Notes under the pieces: model-generated
What the model was told of the DNA's origin: nothing
What the model saw: only the letters and a program-made list of their open reading frames with translations
Databases searched by the model: none
Origin: a virus
Direction: 5' to 3' (one strand)
Length of the DNA: 64,000 nt
Virus record (IMG/VR): IMGVR_UViG_3300022745_000030
Location: 5,334 to 69,333 of that record
Part shown: piece after piece, positions 38,843 to 48,346 of the stretch
Position numbering within the stretch: the stretch's first letter is position 1
Layout: each line of letters begins with the position of its first letter
Position numbers and translations under genes: made by a program

Positions 38843-39241
38843 TTATTTACCCATTGGGGACATAGAAATGAAACCTTTGGAGATCAACTCCACCATGTAC
38901 TTGACGTTCGAACGCTGGGCGTCCAAACCGTCTACCACTGCTCGGGTCGCGAGGAACGTCGCTGTGGCTTCCACCGTCTTGGCTTTGGCGTCGATGACAG
39001 CCTGCTCCAAGAGGATCTTCGCTTTGATACCATCTTCGGTAGGCTTTGCCAAGCCGTAGTCGAGGGGATTCTGGCGAATGCGAATGTTGGTCTGAGCGAT
39101 GATTCGTTCTTCCTCGATCTCGGCTTGCATCTTGGCGATGGTAGCGCGAGCGAGGTCCTCGGACCAATTCTTGATGTCGTCTGCCAGCGTTTCCAGCTTT
39201 TCGGGCAGCGACTCAACTGTGATTTTCAACGATAAACTCAT
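38843..39241 (-). CDS. Recombination mediator (UvsY-like, putative)
   Basis: Helical protein with KPTEDGIKAKI motif, next to SSB. Confidence 0.6.
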   Translation of the reverse strand: MSLSLKITVESLPEKLETLADDIKNWSEDLARATIAKMQAEIEEERIIAQTNIRIRQNPLDYGLAKPTEDGIKAKILLEQAVIDAKAKTVEATATFLATRAVVDGLDAQRSNVKYMVELISKGFISMSPMGK

Positions 39242-39345
39242 GTGTTGCTCCATTGTACAGAACGGGTTGACAAGTAAGGTCACTGGAACCTAAATCCCAG
39301 TGACCTTCTCTGTAGGCCAAGGCAGATTACCTGGAGTCAGTATAC

Positions 39346-40287
39346 TCAGGCACCTTCGACGAAGTAAACAATTTTCGCCAAAAATTCTGGACGCTTCCCG
39401 TCGAAGAACGGTTTCGACATGGCAGCCGCCAGCCGGGCAGCCCGTTTTCGGAACGTAGCCCGGTTATCCCCCATGCACTTTTCCGCGTACTTGAGAATCA
39501 TCCACCGGGCAGATTCGAGTTCTGAGTCCTGAATAGCCTGCACCGATCGATAGATTACTGACCATTCCGGCTTGTCCTTAATCAGTTCCCGGCACAGGTC
39601 AATCAGGTGCGGGGGTTCGTCCTTGGCGGACTCCACCAGGGCTTGCATTGCCTCGGTGGTGGACCCGGCTGCCACCCACTGCTCTGCCAGCACCAGGGCT
39701 TTCCGAGGCGATCCAGACGCCGCAACAGCCAGTTTCTCCAGCATGGTACCGCAGCACTTGGAGCCGTACTCAGCGTAAAGCACGCTGTCCAGCATTTGCA
39801 TCAGGTCGCGGTCTACCACGAAGTCCAGCTTGATGTGCGTGAGCCGGGTATTGAGCGCCTTGGCGATCTTTTGGGGCTCGCTGGTAGCGACAAAGAAGTA
39901 GACGTGCTTTGGGGCATCCTCGAACATCTTCAAGAACGCCTGGGCAGCCGCTGCCGTGATCGAGTGGAACTCGTCCAAGATGTATACTTTGTGGTTGCCG
40001 ATCAAAGGCCGCAGGTTGATGCGGGATTCGATCTCGCGGACGGTATCGATACCCCGAGAATCCGCCACGTTGATCTCGGTAATCTCGCTGGGTACCGCGC
40101 CGATTTCCTTGGCTAGAATTCGGGCAAGGGTAGTCTTGCCGCAGCCGCTGGGTCCCGAGAACAGGATCGCGTGAGGCACGTTCCCGGCTTTCAGGAATCC
40201 CTGCAACTGTTTGACGGCGGAAGGCTGCCCGACAACGCTATCGAAGTTGTTGGGTCGGTACTTTTTGTATAGTTCGCTGGTTGTCAT
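39346..40287 (-). CDS. Clamp loader (DnaX/RFC-like AAA+)
   Basis: LYKKYRP, GPSGCGKTT, ILDEFH and FLKMFED motifs. Confidence 0.92.
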   Translation of the reverse strand: MTTSELYKKYRPNNFDSVVGQPSAVKQLQGFLKAGNVPHAILFSGPSGCGKTTLARILAKEIGAVPSEITEINVADSRGIDTVREIESRINLRPLIGNHKVYILDEFHSITAAAAQAFLKMFEDAPKHVYFFVATSEPQKIAKALNTRLTHIKLDFVVDRDLMQMLDSVLYAEYGSKCCGTMLEKLAVAASGSPRKALVLAEQWVAAGSTTEAMQALVESAKDEPPHLIDLCRELIKDKPEWSVIYRSVQAIQDSELESARWMILKYAEKCMGDNRATFRKRAARLAAAMSKPFFDGKRPEFLAKIVYFVEGA

Positions 40288-40913
40288 ACGTCACTTTGAA
40301 AAGGAATGGTTTGTGGGTGCCCTTCGTATCGGTCGAGAATCTCTTCGATCCTCGCGTGCAGTCGATCGAGACTGGATTCGTTCCATAGCTCGTAATCGGA
40401 ATACTTTGCCCGGCAAAGTTGCTCCGAGATGTGCGTATCTGAGGCGTTTTGTTCCTTACCGGGGCGTCGTACCCAGATAATGATTCCGCCGTGATCCCGG
40501 ATGAAATTCACTTCGTTTTCGAAGCGAACATCACAGATCGCTAGGTATCGGGCATCCTTGGATCGCTGATCCATGATGTGTACCCAGCAATCAGGCCCGT
40601 GTATATCTCGCCCAGCTTCGGTGCCGACTTTCTTGAGATATTCCCGAACATCGGAGTAGGTTCGTTTCGCCATGTCCCAGCCCAGGCGATTGACTACATC
40701 CTGTAGTCGTTCGAAGGTCGCTGGTGCTGTGTCAGGATGGCTGACGCAGACCCAGGGATTGATTGCCCAGGCAGCATCGTAGACTGGGCTCGCGAATTGC
40801 CGCACAACGTAGCCGTACGTTGCGGCGAGGTATTCGCCACAAGCATTCTTGCCCGCGTTCTGGGCGCCGATGAATCCCACCATAGGTGGGATTCGTAGCG
40901 TCTGGTGTTTCAT
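40284..40913 (-). CDS. Deoxynucleotide monophosphate kinase
   Basis: GAQNAGK, GTEAGR, DVRFENE and HISE motifs. Confidence 0.88.
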   Translation of the reverse strand: MKHQTLRIPPMVGFIGAQNAGKNACGEYLAATYGYVVRQFASPVYDAAWAINPWVCVSHPDTAPATFERLQDVVNRLGWDMAKRTYSDVREYLKKVGTEAGRDIHGPDCWVHIMDQRSKDARYLAICDVRFENEVNFIRDHGGIIIWVRRPGKEQNASDTHISEQLCRAKYSDYELWNESSLDRLHARIEEILDRYEGHPQTIPFQSDV

Positions 40914-41575
40914 TCTGAGTATGCCTTTTTGTTTGCGACCGGTGTTGTTAGCATCCGATCTGGGTTCCATTTCAGTTTACTGTATCTACCGTACAAGACC
41001 TGTAGGGGAATCCCAGTCACACGGCTCCAATGCGATAATGTTCTGGTTTCTCCCTTATACGTGATTCGTATCACGTTTCGTCGGTTTTCCGCTTGTTCTT
41101 GTCTTGTGGCCCATTTGCAGTTCGCTGGTGTATAATCCCCGTTCGTGTCGATTCTCTCTACGGTCATGCCGGGACTTGGGGGATTGCCCATGTCCGCTAG
41201 AAATGCCAGGAAACCATTATTAGGATTATCCCAACTTTGGCATACCCGAATACCACGCCCACCATAGTTAGGCCAGGATGCGTTTTTAGGATTATTACAC
41301 CTAGCCCGCATAGTTCTCCATACTTTGTAGAGGGGTGTCTTGGATAGTCCATGCGTTATACTTTCTTCTGCCGTGCGTTGATTTCTATAGCAGCCACAAC
41401 TTTTTGTTTTACCGGAAACCACATTATCCGAATAGTAAATGGACAGGTCGCCGCACTGACATTCCGCCACTACAAGCCACTCTACTCTCTTGGGACGCAC
41501 CCGGACGCGAAACGATGGACCGAGCACAGTCAATCTGCTACTAGAAGGGGTGACTATGCTCTTCGTTTTAATCAT
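40910..41575 (-). CDS. HNH-type free-standing endonuclease
   Basis: CQCG...SCGC, YGGRGIRVC and ERIDTNGDYTPANCKWAT motifs; C-terminal DNA-binding segment. Confidence 0.85.
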   Translation of the reverse strand: MIKTKSIVTPSSSRLTVLGPSFRVRVRPKRVEWLVVAECQCGDLSIYYSDNVVSGKTKSCGCYRNQRTAEESITHGLSKTPLYKVWRTMRARCNNPKNASWPNYGGRGIRVCQSWDNPNNGFLAFLADMGNPPSPGMTVERIDTNGDYTPANCKWATRQEQAENRRNVIRITYKGETRTLSHWSRVTGIPLQVLYGRYSKLKWNPDRMLTTPVANKKAYSE

Positions 41576-41594
41576 TGCTGATGCCACGTTTTTG

Positions 41595-43004
41595 TTATCC
41601 TTTATATGCTGTTTTATCGTACCAGGAGTCCCTGCCGACCTCAACCTCTACTTTTAAGTCCATAATGATCCACTTCCACTTTGCTTGCAGGCTCGTTGTC
41701 ATTATCCGAGTGGACATGGCAATGTAATCGTCCAGTTCGTCCAAAGCGACTTCTGATACCATGGAGTCGTGGATCTCTAAAATAGGTCTGGAACGCATAC
41801 CTCTACGCTTTGCTTCTGCTTGAACATCAATTACGGCTTGCAGGAGACAGTGAAATGCAGAGCCCTGTACCGGGCTGTTGATGACCTCGTTTCTTTTCCA
41901 AACCCCGTGTACCCGGAACCCGGTAAGCGTCTCAAAGTAACCTTTTGTGCAGTACGAACGAAACCAGTCCTTCCGCCAGCGGTCATATACTGGAAACCGT
42001 TTACCCCAAAATGCTTCTTCTACCCGTTTGATATGCTGCACATAAGTATTAGGTGCGTAAACTACCCTACATTCTTCTCCCTCAGGAACCACACCTAGAC
42101 TGGTAATACCTTTCGCGGCCAAATGCTCCAGTAAACCCATCTTCCGGGCGACCTTCCATAGTTGTTTCGCCATATCTACGTGGTAGTTACCGTACATAGC
42201 CGAAAAAACAAACCCGGACTTGGTTTCTTGGCGAATCTGTTTGAACTTCTTTGGGTTAGCTTGTCGGTAACCGTCTTCCAGCAAAAAGCACTCCACAGCC
42301 ATGTCTGAGTGCATATCGTACCCAGATTCTAGGTAGTGCATCATCGTCGGGTCTTTGTGGTAGCACGCCGCGATATGCACTTCCAGTGCTGAGTAATCGA
42401 TTTCCACAATCGCGAATCCCGGCGTCGGGACGATCGCCCCTTTGATGTGCTTCGCAACGAGAGGGTTTCGTGTGGGTAGGTTGTTCAGGTTCGGGGAATC
42501 CGCGCTTCCCCGATACGTGGTAACTGAGTGCAGGTTGATGAATCCGTGAATACGCCCATTGACGGTTTCCTTTCGCAAACCGTCAATATAGGTACCCTGC
42601 AACTTGTACAGCTTCTGGAGTGCCCGGTATGTTTCCAGGTAGTCATGGATGTTGTCGGGCACCTCAAGTTCGGCAATAACTTCGTCGTCAAACTTGTATT
42701 TGCCGGAACTCGATTTACCCAGATGCGGTACACCGAGTTCGTGGAATAGGATGTGGGCAAGCTGTGGCCTGGAATTGATGTTGGTTTCCTTGCCGAATCG
42801 CATTCGCTGGGCTTCGTACACTGGATGTTCCCGCAGCGTGGATTCCAGTTCCCGGATATTTTGCCGCACCTCGATCTCAGAGGCATCCAGGCGTTCTAAA
42901 CTGATCGGAATACCAATGCACTCCATTTCCGCAAGGGCTACTGCGCCCTTGTGAAACAGAGTGAAGGCTTCCTTGGTTGCTGGTCTGAGATCCTGTGCGT
43001 GCAT
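41595..43004 (-). CDS. DNA polymerase family A, polymerase-domain subunit
   Basis: TYRGSADSPNLNNLP, motif A DYSALE, motif B RQETKSGFVFSAMYG, NSPVQGSA, motif C EIHDS; no exonuclease domain. Confidence 0.92.
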   Translation of the reverse strand: MHAQDLRPATKEAFTLFHKGAVALAEMECIGIPISLERLDASEIEVRQNIRELESTLREHPVYEAQRMRFGKETNINSRPQLAHILFHELGVPHLGKSSSGKYKFDDEVIAELEVPDNIHDYLETYRALQKLYKLQGTYIDGLRKETVNGRIHGFINLHSVTTYRGSADSPNLNNLPTRNPLVAKHIKGAIVPTPGFAIVEIDYSALEVHIAACYHKDPTMMHYLESGYDMHSDMAVECFLLEDGYRQANPKKFKQIRQETKSGFVFSAMYGNYHVDMAKQLWKVARKMGLLEHLAAKGITSLGVVPEGEECRVVYAPNTYVQHIKRVEEAFWGKRFPVYDRWRKDWFRSYCTKGYFETLTGFRVHGVWKRNEVINSPVQGSAFHCLLQAVIDVQAEAKRRGMRSRPILEIHDSMVSEVALDELDDYIAMSTRIMTTSLQAKWKWIIMDLKVEVEVGRDSWYDKTAYKG

Positions 43005-43315
43005 TACTGCTTGATCTTTCCGATGATTCGCCCCTGCCAATCGCGTACAACCAATTCCCGACCCTCGGTAATCGTGTACTGTACGCGACCTTGCCAATCC
43101 TTGGCTACTGCTCCTGATTGTGTGCGTTGCAGGGTACCCTGTACCCTGCCCCGATCGTCTCGGATCGTTACGGATCTCTGAGGGAGATAGCCTTTGCCTG
43201 GGATGTACTTCATGGTTTCCCCGGACCAGCCGGTAGCCGCATAAAGCAGAAACGAGGTAAAGGCGATACCGTATACGATATACCCGAGACGGAAAAGATC
43301 GATTACCTTACTCAT
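43004..43315 (-). CDS. Small membrane-anchored protein with D-x-x-G-R repeats
   Basis: N-terminal TM segment; DDRGRVQ, DWQGRVQ and DWQGRII repeats. Confidence 0.6.
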   Translation of the reverse strand: MSKVIDLFRLGYIVYGIAFTSFLLYAATGWSGETMKYIPGKGYLPQRSVTIRDDRGRVQGTLQRTQSGAVAKDWQGRVQYTITEGRELVVRDWQGRIIGKIKQ

Positions 43316-43458
43316 GGAGGGCTTCCCCATCGTAAAACCCACCAAGGTACGCGATGTTGGCAATCACCGGCACAAAGCACGCCGCTATAGTAGGGTCGAT
43401 GCAGTAAATCAGTGACCAGCCAACAGGCGCCAGAAATCCCACGGTGATGTGTTGCATG

Positions 43459-43839
43459 TTAGAACTTCTTTCCGCCCTCGGCGTCTCGGTGTTCCTGGGT
43501 ATGGTCTACCCGCACGGCGTTGTAATTCAACTTGTCTCTGATGATCCAGCCAATGTCGATTCCACGCGCCCCTGCGAGATCGAGTAGACGGATGATCGCG
43601 TCGGCGATCTCAACGTCCACCATTTCGTACTGAGGTAGTTTGTCGTCCATCAACCCCTTGCGAACGCCCTCGATCGCTTCCGATACCTCGGTCACCACAA
43701 GCGCCAGCTTGACGGTCACGTCCTTGGGATTCTTGGGGTCCATGTCGGTCCACCACTTTTTGTTCGCTGAGTGGATCTGCTCAGATACATCAGTAATCTC
43801 GTACGCCTGGATATCGAAAATTACTACATCACTATTCAT
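43459..43839 (-). CDS. MazG-like nucleotide pyrophosphohydrolase
   Basis: LALVVTEVSEAIEG...EIADAIIRLLD...KLNYN motif. Confidence 0.88.
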   Translation of the reverse strand: MNSDVVIFDIQAYEITDVSEQIHSANKKWWTDMDPKNPKDVTVKLALVVTEVSEAIEGVRKGLMDDKLPQYEMVDVEIADAIIRLLDLAGARGIDIGWIIRDKLNYNAVRVDHTQEHRDAEGGKKF

Positions 43840-45221
43840 TACTTCACCCATTCCGAAATGATTGCGGGGCACCCTACTACCATGTTCCCAGCCACCCCGC
43901 AAATGTGGCTCGGGTTGTCTTTCTGTGACTCTTCCTCGCGGAGCACCACCCAGTTAAATCGGGTTACCCCCATCTTTTTCTCGTACAGCGTGGCATTGAT
44001 GCCAACTACCCCAGTGGGGTGATCCAAGATTCTTCGGTCGCCGTTGAAGTTCGTGGGTCCCAGGAGCCATGCGTCCATTCCGGCTGTATCCGCCTGGGTA
44101 GCCGTAAGATACAAGCAGTGAAACCGGGTAGAGGTAGCCCGCATTTCCATCCAGTTGTAGTTGATCCTTTCTCGCTGGTCTTTATGCGACGGCAGCCCTG
44201 CCATGATGTCCGCGTAGTCGGTAACCACGATATCGGGTACCCAGCCTTGATCGGCCCATCGCTCGATCATTCCGGCTATGTCCCCGGCTGTAGTAGTGGC
44301 TGCACCTTTGCAGACTACTCGCAGTCGCTTGGTGTCGTCTTCTAGGGCTGCCTTGAGTTTGATTTTGGCTAACTCTTTGGTCATGCCTTGGCTGGTATAG
44401 TGCTCCCGATACTCCACTCGGGGCTCCTTACCTTCATATGTTAGCCCGGTCGGGATGCGGAACGATCCTGGCATTACCGGGTTCTTGGCTGCCTTATGCA
44501 GGAATCGACGTACTACCTGGGCTTGGCTCATGTCGCCCAGCGATATATACACCACCCGCTTCTTTGCCAGAATCCCTCGCCATGCGAGTTCAATGAGCCA
44601 TGTCGATTTCCCACGCTTAGAAGGGGCCAGGAACGCTATGAATGAGTCCCGGCTAAGCATCGGACCAAAGAACTTGCCGAGTGCGCCAGGATACGCGATA
44701 AGAGGCTCAGGCGTGAAATTATCATACCCGGCATCGATCGCGTTATCGTCCTCGGCTAAAAATACCCCGTCTGTGGCTACCCCTACCTGGGGCCTGCGCC
44801 ATGATTCGCTGAGGGCTGCCGCTTCCTCGATCTTTCCATTAGCTAGGGCTCCCTGGATTTTCTCCGCAAGGGATCGGGTGCTGTTTCTGAGCCCGATCTT
44901 GGCTATGAGTTCCACGGTGTATTCCGTAGAAGCCAAAGAATTGGGGTCCAGGGAGCCCACTAGCTTTCCAACAATATCGACTGTGTCTTTGTCTGCGGAC
45001 CTTGCCCAGTCGGCAAACATGGCTGTAATGCCTGCTTGCCCTGGGGCTTCCTTGAACTGGTTGTAGTGCCGTACGCACCACCCGGCAACCACGTTAGACC
45101 ATCGGGACGAGAAGACTTCCGGCTGCCACGTAGAAGCTACGGCTGCCAGGACCTGGGTATTCAGGCACATGCCTACCAGGGCTAGTCGTTCGTCGTCTCC
45201 CGAATATCTAACGATGTCCAC
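43839..45221 (-). CDS. Replicative DNA helicase (DnaB-like)
   Basis: APSKRGKS, VVTDYAD and TATQ motifs. Confidence 0.85.
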   Translation of the reverse strand: MDIVRYSGDDERLALVGMCLNTQVLAAVASTWQPEVFSSRWSNVVAGWCVRHYNQFKEAPGQAGITAMFADWARSADKDTVDIVGKLVGSLDPNSLASTEYTVELIAKIGLRNSTRSLAEKIQGALANGKIEEAAALSESWRRPQVGVATDGVFLAEDDNAIDAGYDNFTPEPLIAYPGALGKFFGPMLSRDSFIAFLAPSKRGKSTWLIELAWRGILAKKRVVYISLGDMSQAQVVRRFLHKAAKNPVMPGSFRIPTGLTYEGKEPRVEYREHYTSQGMTKELAKIKLKAALEDDTKRLRVVCKGAATTTAGDIAGMIERWADQGWVPDIVVTDYADIMAGLPSHKDQRERINYNWMEMRATSTRFHCLYLTATQADTAGMDAWLLGPTNFNGDRRILDHPTGVVGINATLYEKKMGVTRFNWVVLREEESQKDNPSHICGVAGNMVVGCPAIISEWVK

Positions 45222-45613
45222 AAGTTGCCTCTGTTTCCGTGTTCTCTGCGGTCTTCGCGTTCGGGGTCAAAGGTAGTGTAGGTTTCCCTGAATAGCTTCC
45301 CTGTCACTACCCACCGCACCACCTTTGTGCCCCGGAGCGTGGATTCGCGGTTTACCGTTGCCGTAGTTCCGGCTGCGTTGTGTCGGATCTTGAAAGTGGC
45401 ATTGTTGACATCCTGCAAGATCCAGTCCAGTACGTGGTATTTACCATCCTCAACGTCATGGTACCAGAATATGCACTGATCGTAAACTATTTTCCCTGTT
45501 TTCTTGTCTACGAAGTGATTCAGTTCTACCAGATCGACGCTGCGATACTGGGTGCCGGGCAACTCGTACGGTAAACCGCACAACAATGCAGCGATTATTC
45601 CTGTACGCCACAT
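45182..45613 (-). CDS. Exported hypothetical protein resembling a planctomycete family
   Basis: Signal peptide; VDLVELNHF..YDQCIFW motif, recognised from memory only. Confidence 0.65.
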   Translation of the reverse strand: MWRTGIIAALLCGLPYELPGTQYRSVDLVELNHFVDKKTGKIVYDQCIFWYHDVEDGKYHVLDWILQDVNNATFKIRHNAAGTTATVNRESTLRGTKVVRWVVTGKLFRETYTTFDPEREDRREHGNRGNLWTSLDIRETTND

Positions 45614-46017
45614 GGCATGCCGCTGTCGTACGTAAAGTGCTTGAACAAGTCGGCTGGCGTGCTTGGGCCGTACGAGGTCACATGCACACTACCATTAGCG
45701 TACATAGCTGTCACCATCAGTTTGTCGCCGCTGCTCTTGAGTTTCAGTACCAGCCCGACAGGGACGTGTAACTTGAGTTCCTCGACGGTGAACGGTCGGT
45801 AAGTCGGAGCGACTTTGTCCAGAATCGGTCGCATGTAACCGAACTCGGGATCATTTCCCAGTTCCGTAGAAAGGCATCCGGAAGATACCCGCACGCAGCC
45901 GCTGTTTGATTGATACGATTCACCGGGCTGTGGCTCCCGGAACGCGACCACTTTATACCCCTTTGGGCAATCGTGGGGCCAAGGGACTTGCTTAGGTGTT
46001 GTGACATATACTGGCAT
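45595..46017 (-). CDS. Hypothetical protein (paralogous small-domain family)
   Basis: GYKVVAFREPQPGESY and YRPFTVEEL motifs. Confidence 0.65.
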   Translation of the reverse strand: MPVYVTTPKQVPWPHDCPKGYKVVAFREPQPGESYQSNSGCVRVSSGCLSTELGNDPEFGYMRPILDKVAPTYRPFTVEELKLHVPVGLVLKLKSSGDKLMVTAMYANGSVHVTSYGPSTPADLFKHFTYDSGMPCGVQE

Positions 46018-46888
46018 AATGTTCTCCGAATGCGAATTTTCGTAAAGCGTAAATCTCGGAATCGCTAGCAGATCCAGGGTCCTCGGCATCCAGGTTTACC
46101 CGAATGGTTTCCCCCGGAAACAGCGAAAGTTCTTGGGCCAAGGTATCTGCGATCTTTTGTGCTCGTTCCGAGTTGTCGAAAACCAGTATACGCCGAGGGA
46201 TGCTCGCGATGATAGAAAATTGTGCGCGAGTGACCGAAGTTCCTAAAGTACCTACAGCACCAGGACCTACCCGGAGAACGTCAAATGGACCTTCCAGAAC
46301 GATCGTAGTTTCTCGTATAAAGTCGATTCCATAGAGAATCCGCTTCTCGTCTAAGGACTTTTGATGCGGGGCAGCCGTCTGATACCTGGGCTCCTGCCCA
46401 TGTGTAGCGCGGGAAGTCCAGGATACCGGGCGATTCTGGTAGTAGATGGGTAGGAATACGCGGAACGGGTACTCAGCCCAGGGTCCCAGCCCCCGGATGC
46501 CCCATACCTTTGTGCAGTATTCGGGGTCGAGTCCCCTCTGCTTCAAGTAAGCAATGTGAGTAGAATCGAGGTCGCATACGCCTCGGGGCTCGGTGTAGAC
46601 TCCCGCATTCCCGGTATCCAGTGTGGGCGGGATATAGATGCGACCCCCGACAAGGAATTTCACCTCGGACCAGGGAGCCTTTGTCACGTCGAGTAGGAGC
46701 CGGGCTACGTTGAACCCGCCGCACTTATAGCAGTTCGCGCGGCTGCAATCGTTCTTGATACCTAGGTGATAGTTGCGAGAATAGCATCGGGGGCACTCTT
46801 CTAACTGCGTCCAGCCCGGTCGCCCGTGCTTTCGGTGGTTAGTATCGTACTTTACCCGATGCTCTTGCAGAAACTCGACTAGGTTCAT
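45992..46888 (-). CDS. DNA primase
   Basis: Zinc finger CPRC...CYKC, YLKQRG, TOPRIM EGPFD and DAED motifs. Confidence 0.9.
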   Translation of the reverse strand: MNLVEFLQEHRVKYDTNHRKHGRPGWTQLEECPRCYSRNYHLGIKNDCSRANCYKCGGFNVARLLLDVTKAPWSEVKFLVGGRIYIPPTLDTGNAGVYTEPRGVCDLDSTHIAYLKQRGLDPEYCTKVWGIRGLGPWAEYPFRVFLPIYYQNRPVSWTSRATHGQEPRYQTAAPHQKSLDEKRILYGIDFIRETTIVLEGPFDVLRVGPGAVGTLGTSVTRAQFSIIASIPRRILVFDNSERAQKIADTLAQELSLFPGETIRVNLDAEDPGSASDSEIYALRKFAFGEHYASICHNT

Positions 46889-47493
46889 TTCAGTTTATCG
46901 ATGCAGTCTGAGATACAGGCATTGATTCGATCATCACTCACGCCCATGTTTCTGCCCCACGCTCGCACGTAGGACCGGAATTCATGGCTATCCAGCACCA
47001 GCCTGCGGTGCCGGGGTGTGCCGTTCGGCTTGATGTCCCGGTACCACTCGATAGCGAAATCCCAGGCAGCCGGGAGTCGGCTCCAGATCATCATACCTAC
47101 AAACACATCATCGCTGTAGGCTTGCAATTCACGCAAGAACAGCCGGTAGCGATCGAGAGCCTGTTGCACATACTCTTCTGAGATGCCGTAGACCAGCGAC
47201 CGGTTGACCATTTCCTTGGCTTCATCGGTCACTGGGTATCCAGATAGTTCTGGGTCCTGTTCAGCCTGGGCCATCAAGGTATCCAGGTTTCTTACCAGCC
47301 AAGGGCTGGAAGGGAAACTTGAGAAGTTCCGGGTGACGAAGGTGTACAGGAGTTCAGCCTTCTGCTCCCCCACTCGCTCCACGATCGTCTTCCAATCTTT
47401 TAGTTGCGACTTGCCGCTAGAGATTGGGTTGTACTGCAAGTGGAGCCCGGTTGCCTTTGATGGCTTTGCCGGTGTTTTTGGTATGAATCCCAT
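46885..47493 (-). CDS. Hypothetical protein
   Basis: 202-aa ORF coupled to primase. Confidence 0.65.
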   Translation of the reverse strand: MGFIPKTPAKPSKATGLHLQYNPISSGKSQLKDWKTIVERVGEQKAELLYTFVTRNFSSFPSSPWLVRNLDTLMAQAEQDPELSGYPVTDEAKEMVNRSLVYGISEEYVQQALDRYRLFLRELQAYSDDVFVGMMIWSRLPAAWDFAIEWYRDIKPNGTPRHRRLVLDSHEFRSYVRAWGRNMGVSDDRINACISDCIDKLK

Positions 47494-47494
47494 G

Positions 47495-48346
47495 CTACTT
47501 GGCTCCCTGAATCCGGCGAGCGAACCTCCATGTCATTGCCCGTCCTTCGTCCCTTGGCGATATTACCATAGGAACGTCGCCGCACCCGCCGTTAGCTACC
47601 TGACAAACGTATTGGTTGCGTGTCGTGTCGATTCCGATAGCCAGTAGTTTACGCTTGTACCACAAATTACCGGTATCGCTCACTTCGATGATCGTACCCA
47701 CGTCGTGTTGATCGATCGGACGAGAAGGATCTCTTTCCGGGGGGACTTCCTGGGTATCCTGCGGGGTAACTTCAACAAAGGCGTGCCGCCAACCTGTGCT
47801 ATCCTCGTCTTGCCACCCGTGCGTCCAATCGGGAAAATACCCATAGATAGTGGACTTTTTCCAGTTCTCCAGCGGTTCTTTTTCATTGTCTGTGAACCAC
47901 GCCTCTTTGCCCCAGTCTTCCGGCATTTGTGCCGGGCGCGTTTGAATCTTGGGCTCTGGCTTTGCTTCTGATGAGCACCAATAAACCGGAACGGCGTAGC
48001 CCCCATCACAGGTGACTAAGGTGCGGTCACTGGCTCGCAATCGTTTCAGTTGCACCCATGTGCCCCTGCGCCCGTCCAGACCATTTGCCCATGTAACACA
48101 GTCGAATGGGTGTTTATGCGTGGGTTTGCAGAACTTGACCCAGCCGCCGTCGCAGTACCCAGGAACAGGTGGATACACTACGTCCTCGCCCCATTCGACA
48201 TCGAGTGGTATGCACTTGAACCAGTCGTCGCCGTTTTCGCGGATACGAATCATATCGTCAACCGAAGTGACCGCGATCATGTCGGCGCTTGGGTATAGGA
48301 TTTTGACTCGATCGAATGCCTCTTGTGGGGCTAGCTTTTGGGTCAT
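47495..48346 (-). CDS. Multi-module hypothetical protein (paralogous family)
   Basis: Shares modules with the ORFs at 55157 and 57188. Confidence 0.7.
   Translation of the reverse strand: MTQKLAPQEAFDRVKILYPSADMIAVTSVDDMIRIRENGDDWFKCIPLDVEWGEDVVYPPVPGYCDGGWVKFCKPTHKHPFDCVTWANGLDGRRGTWVQLKRLRASDRTLVTCDGGYAVPVYWCSSEAKPEPKIQTRPAQMPEDWGKEAWFTDNEKEPLENWKKSTIYGYFPDWTHGWQDEDSTGWRHAFVEVTPQDTQEVPPERDPSRPIDQHDVGTIIEVSDTGNLWYKRKLLAIGIDTTRNQYVCQVANGGCGDVPMVISPRDEGRAMTWRFARRIQGAK

Noticed and set aside
30900-43004. Split intein joining the two polymerase halves
   Set aside because: No intein N-block at the end of the first half and no HN-terminated fragment at the start of the second.
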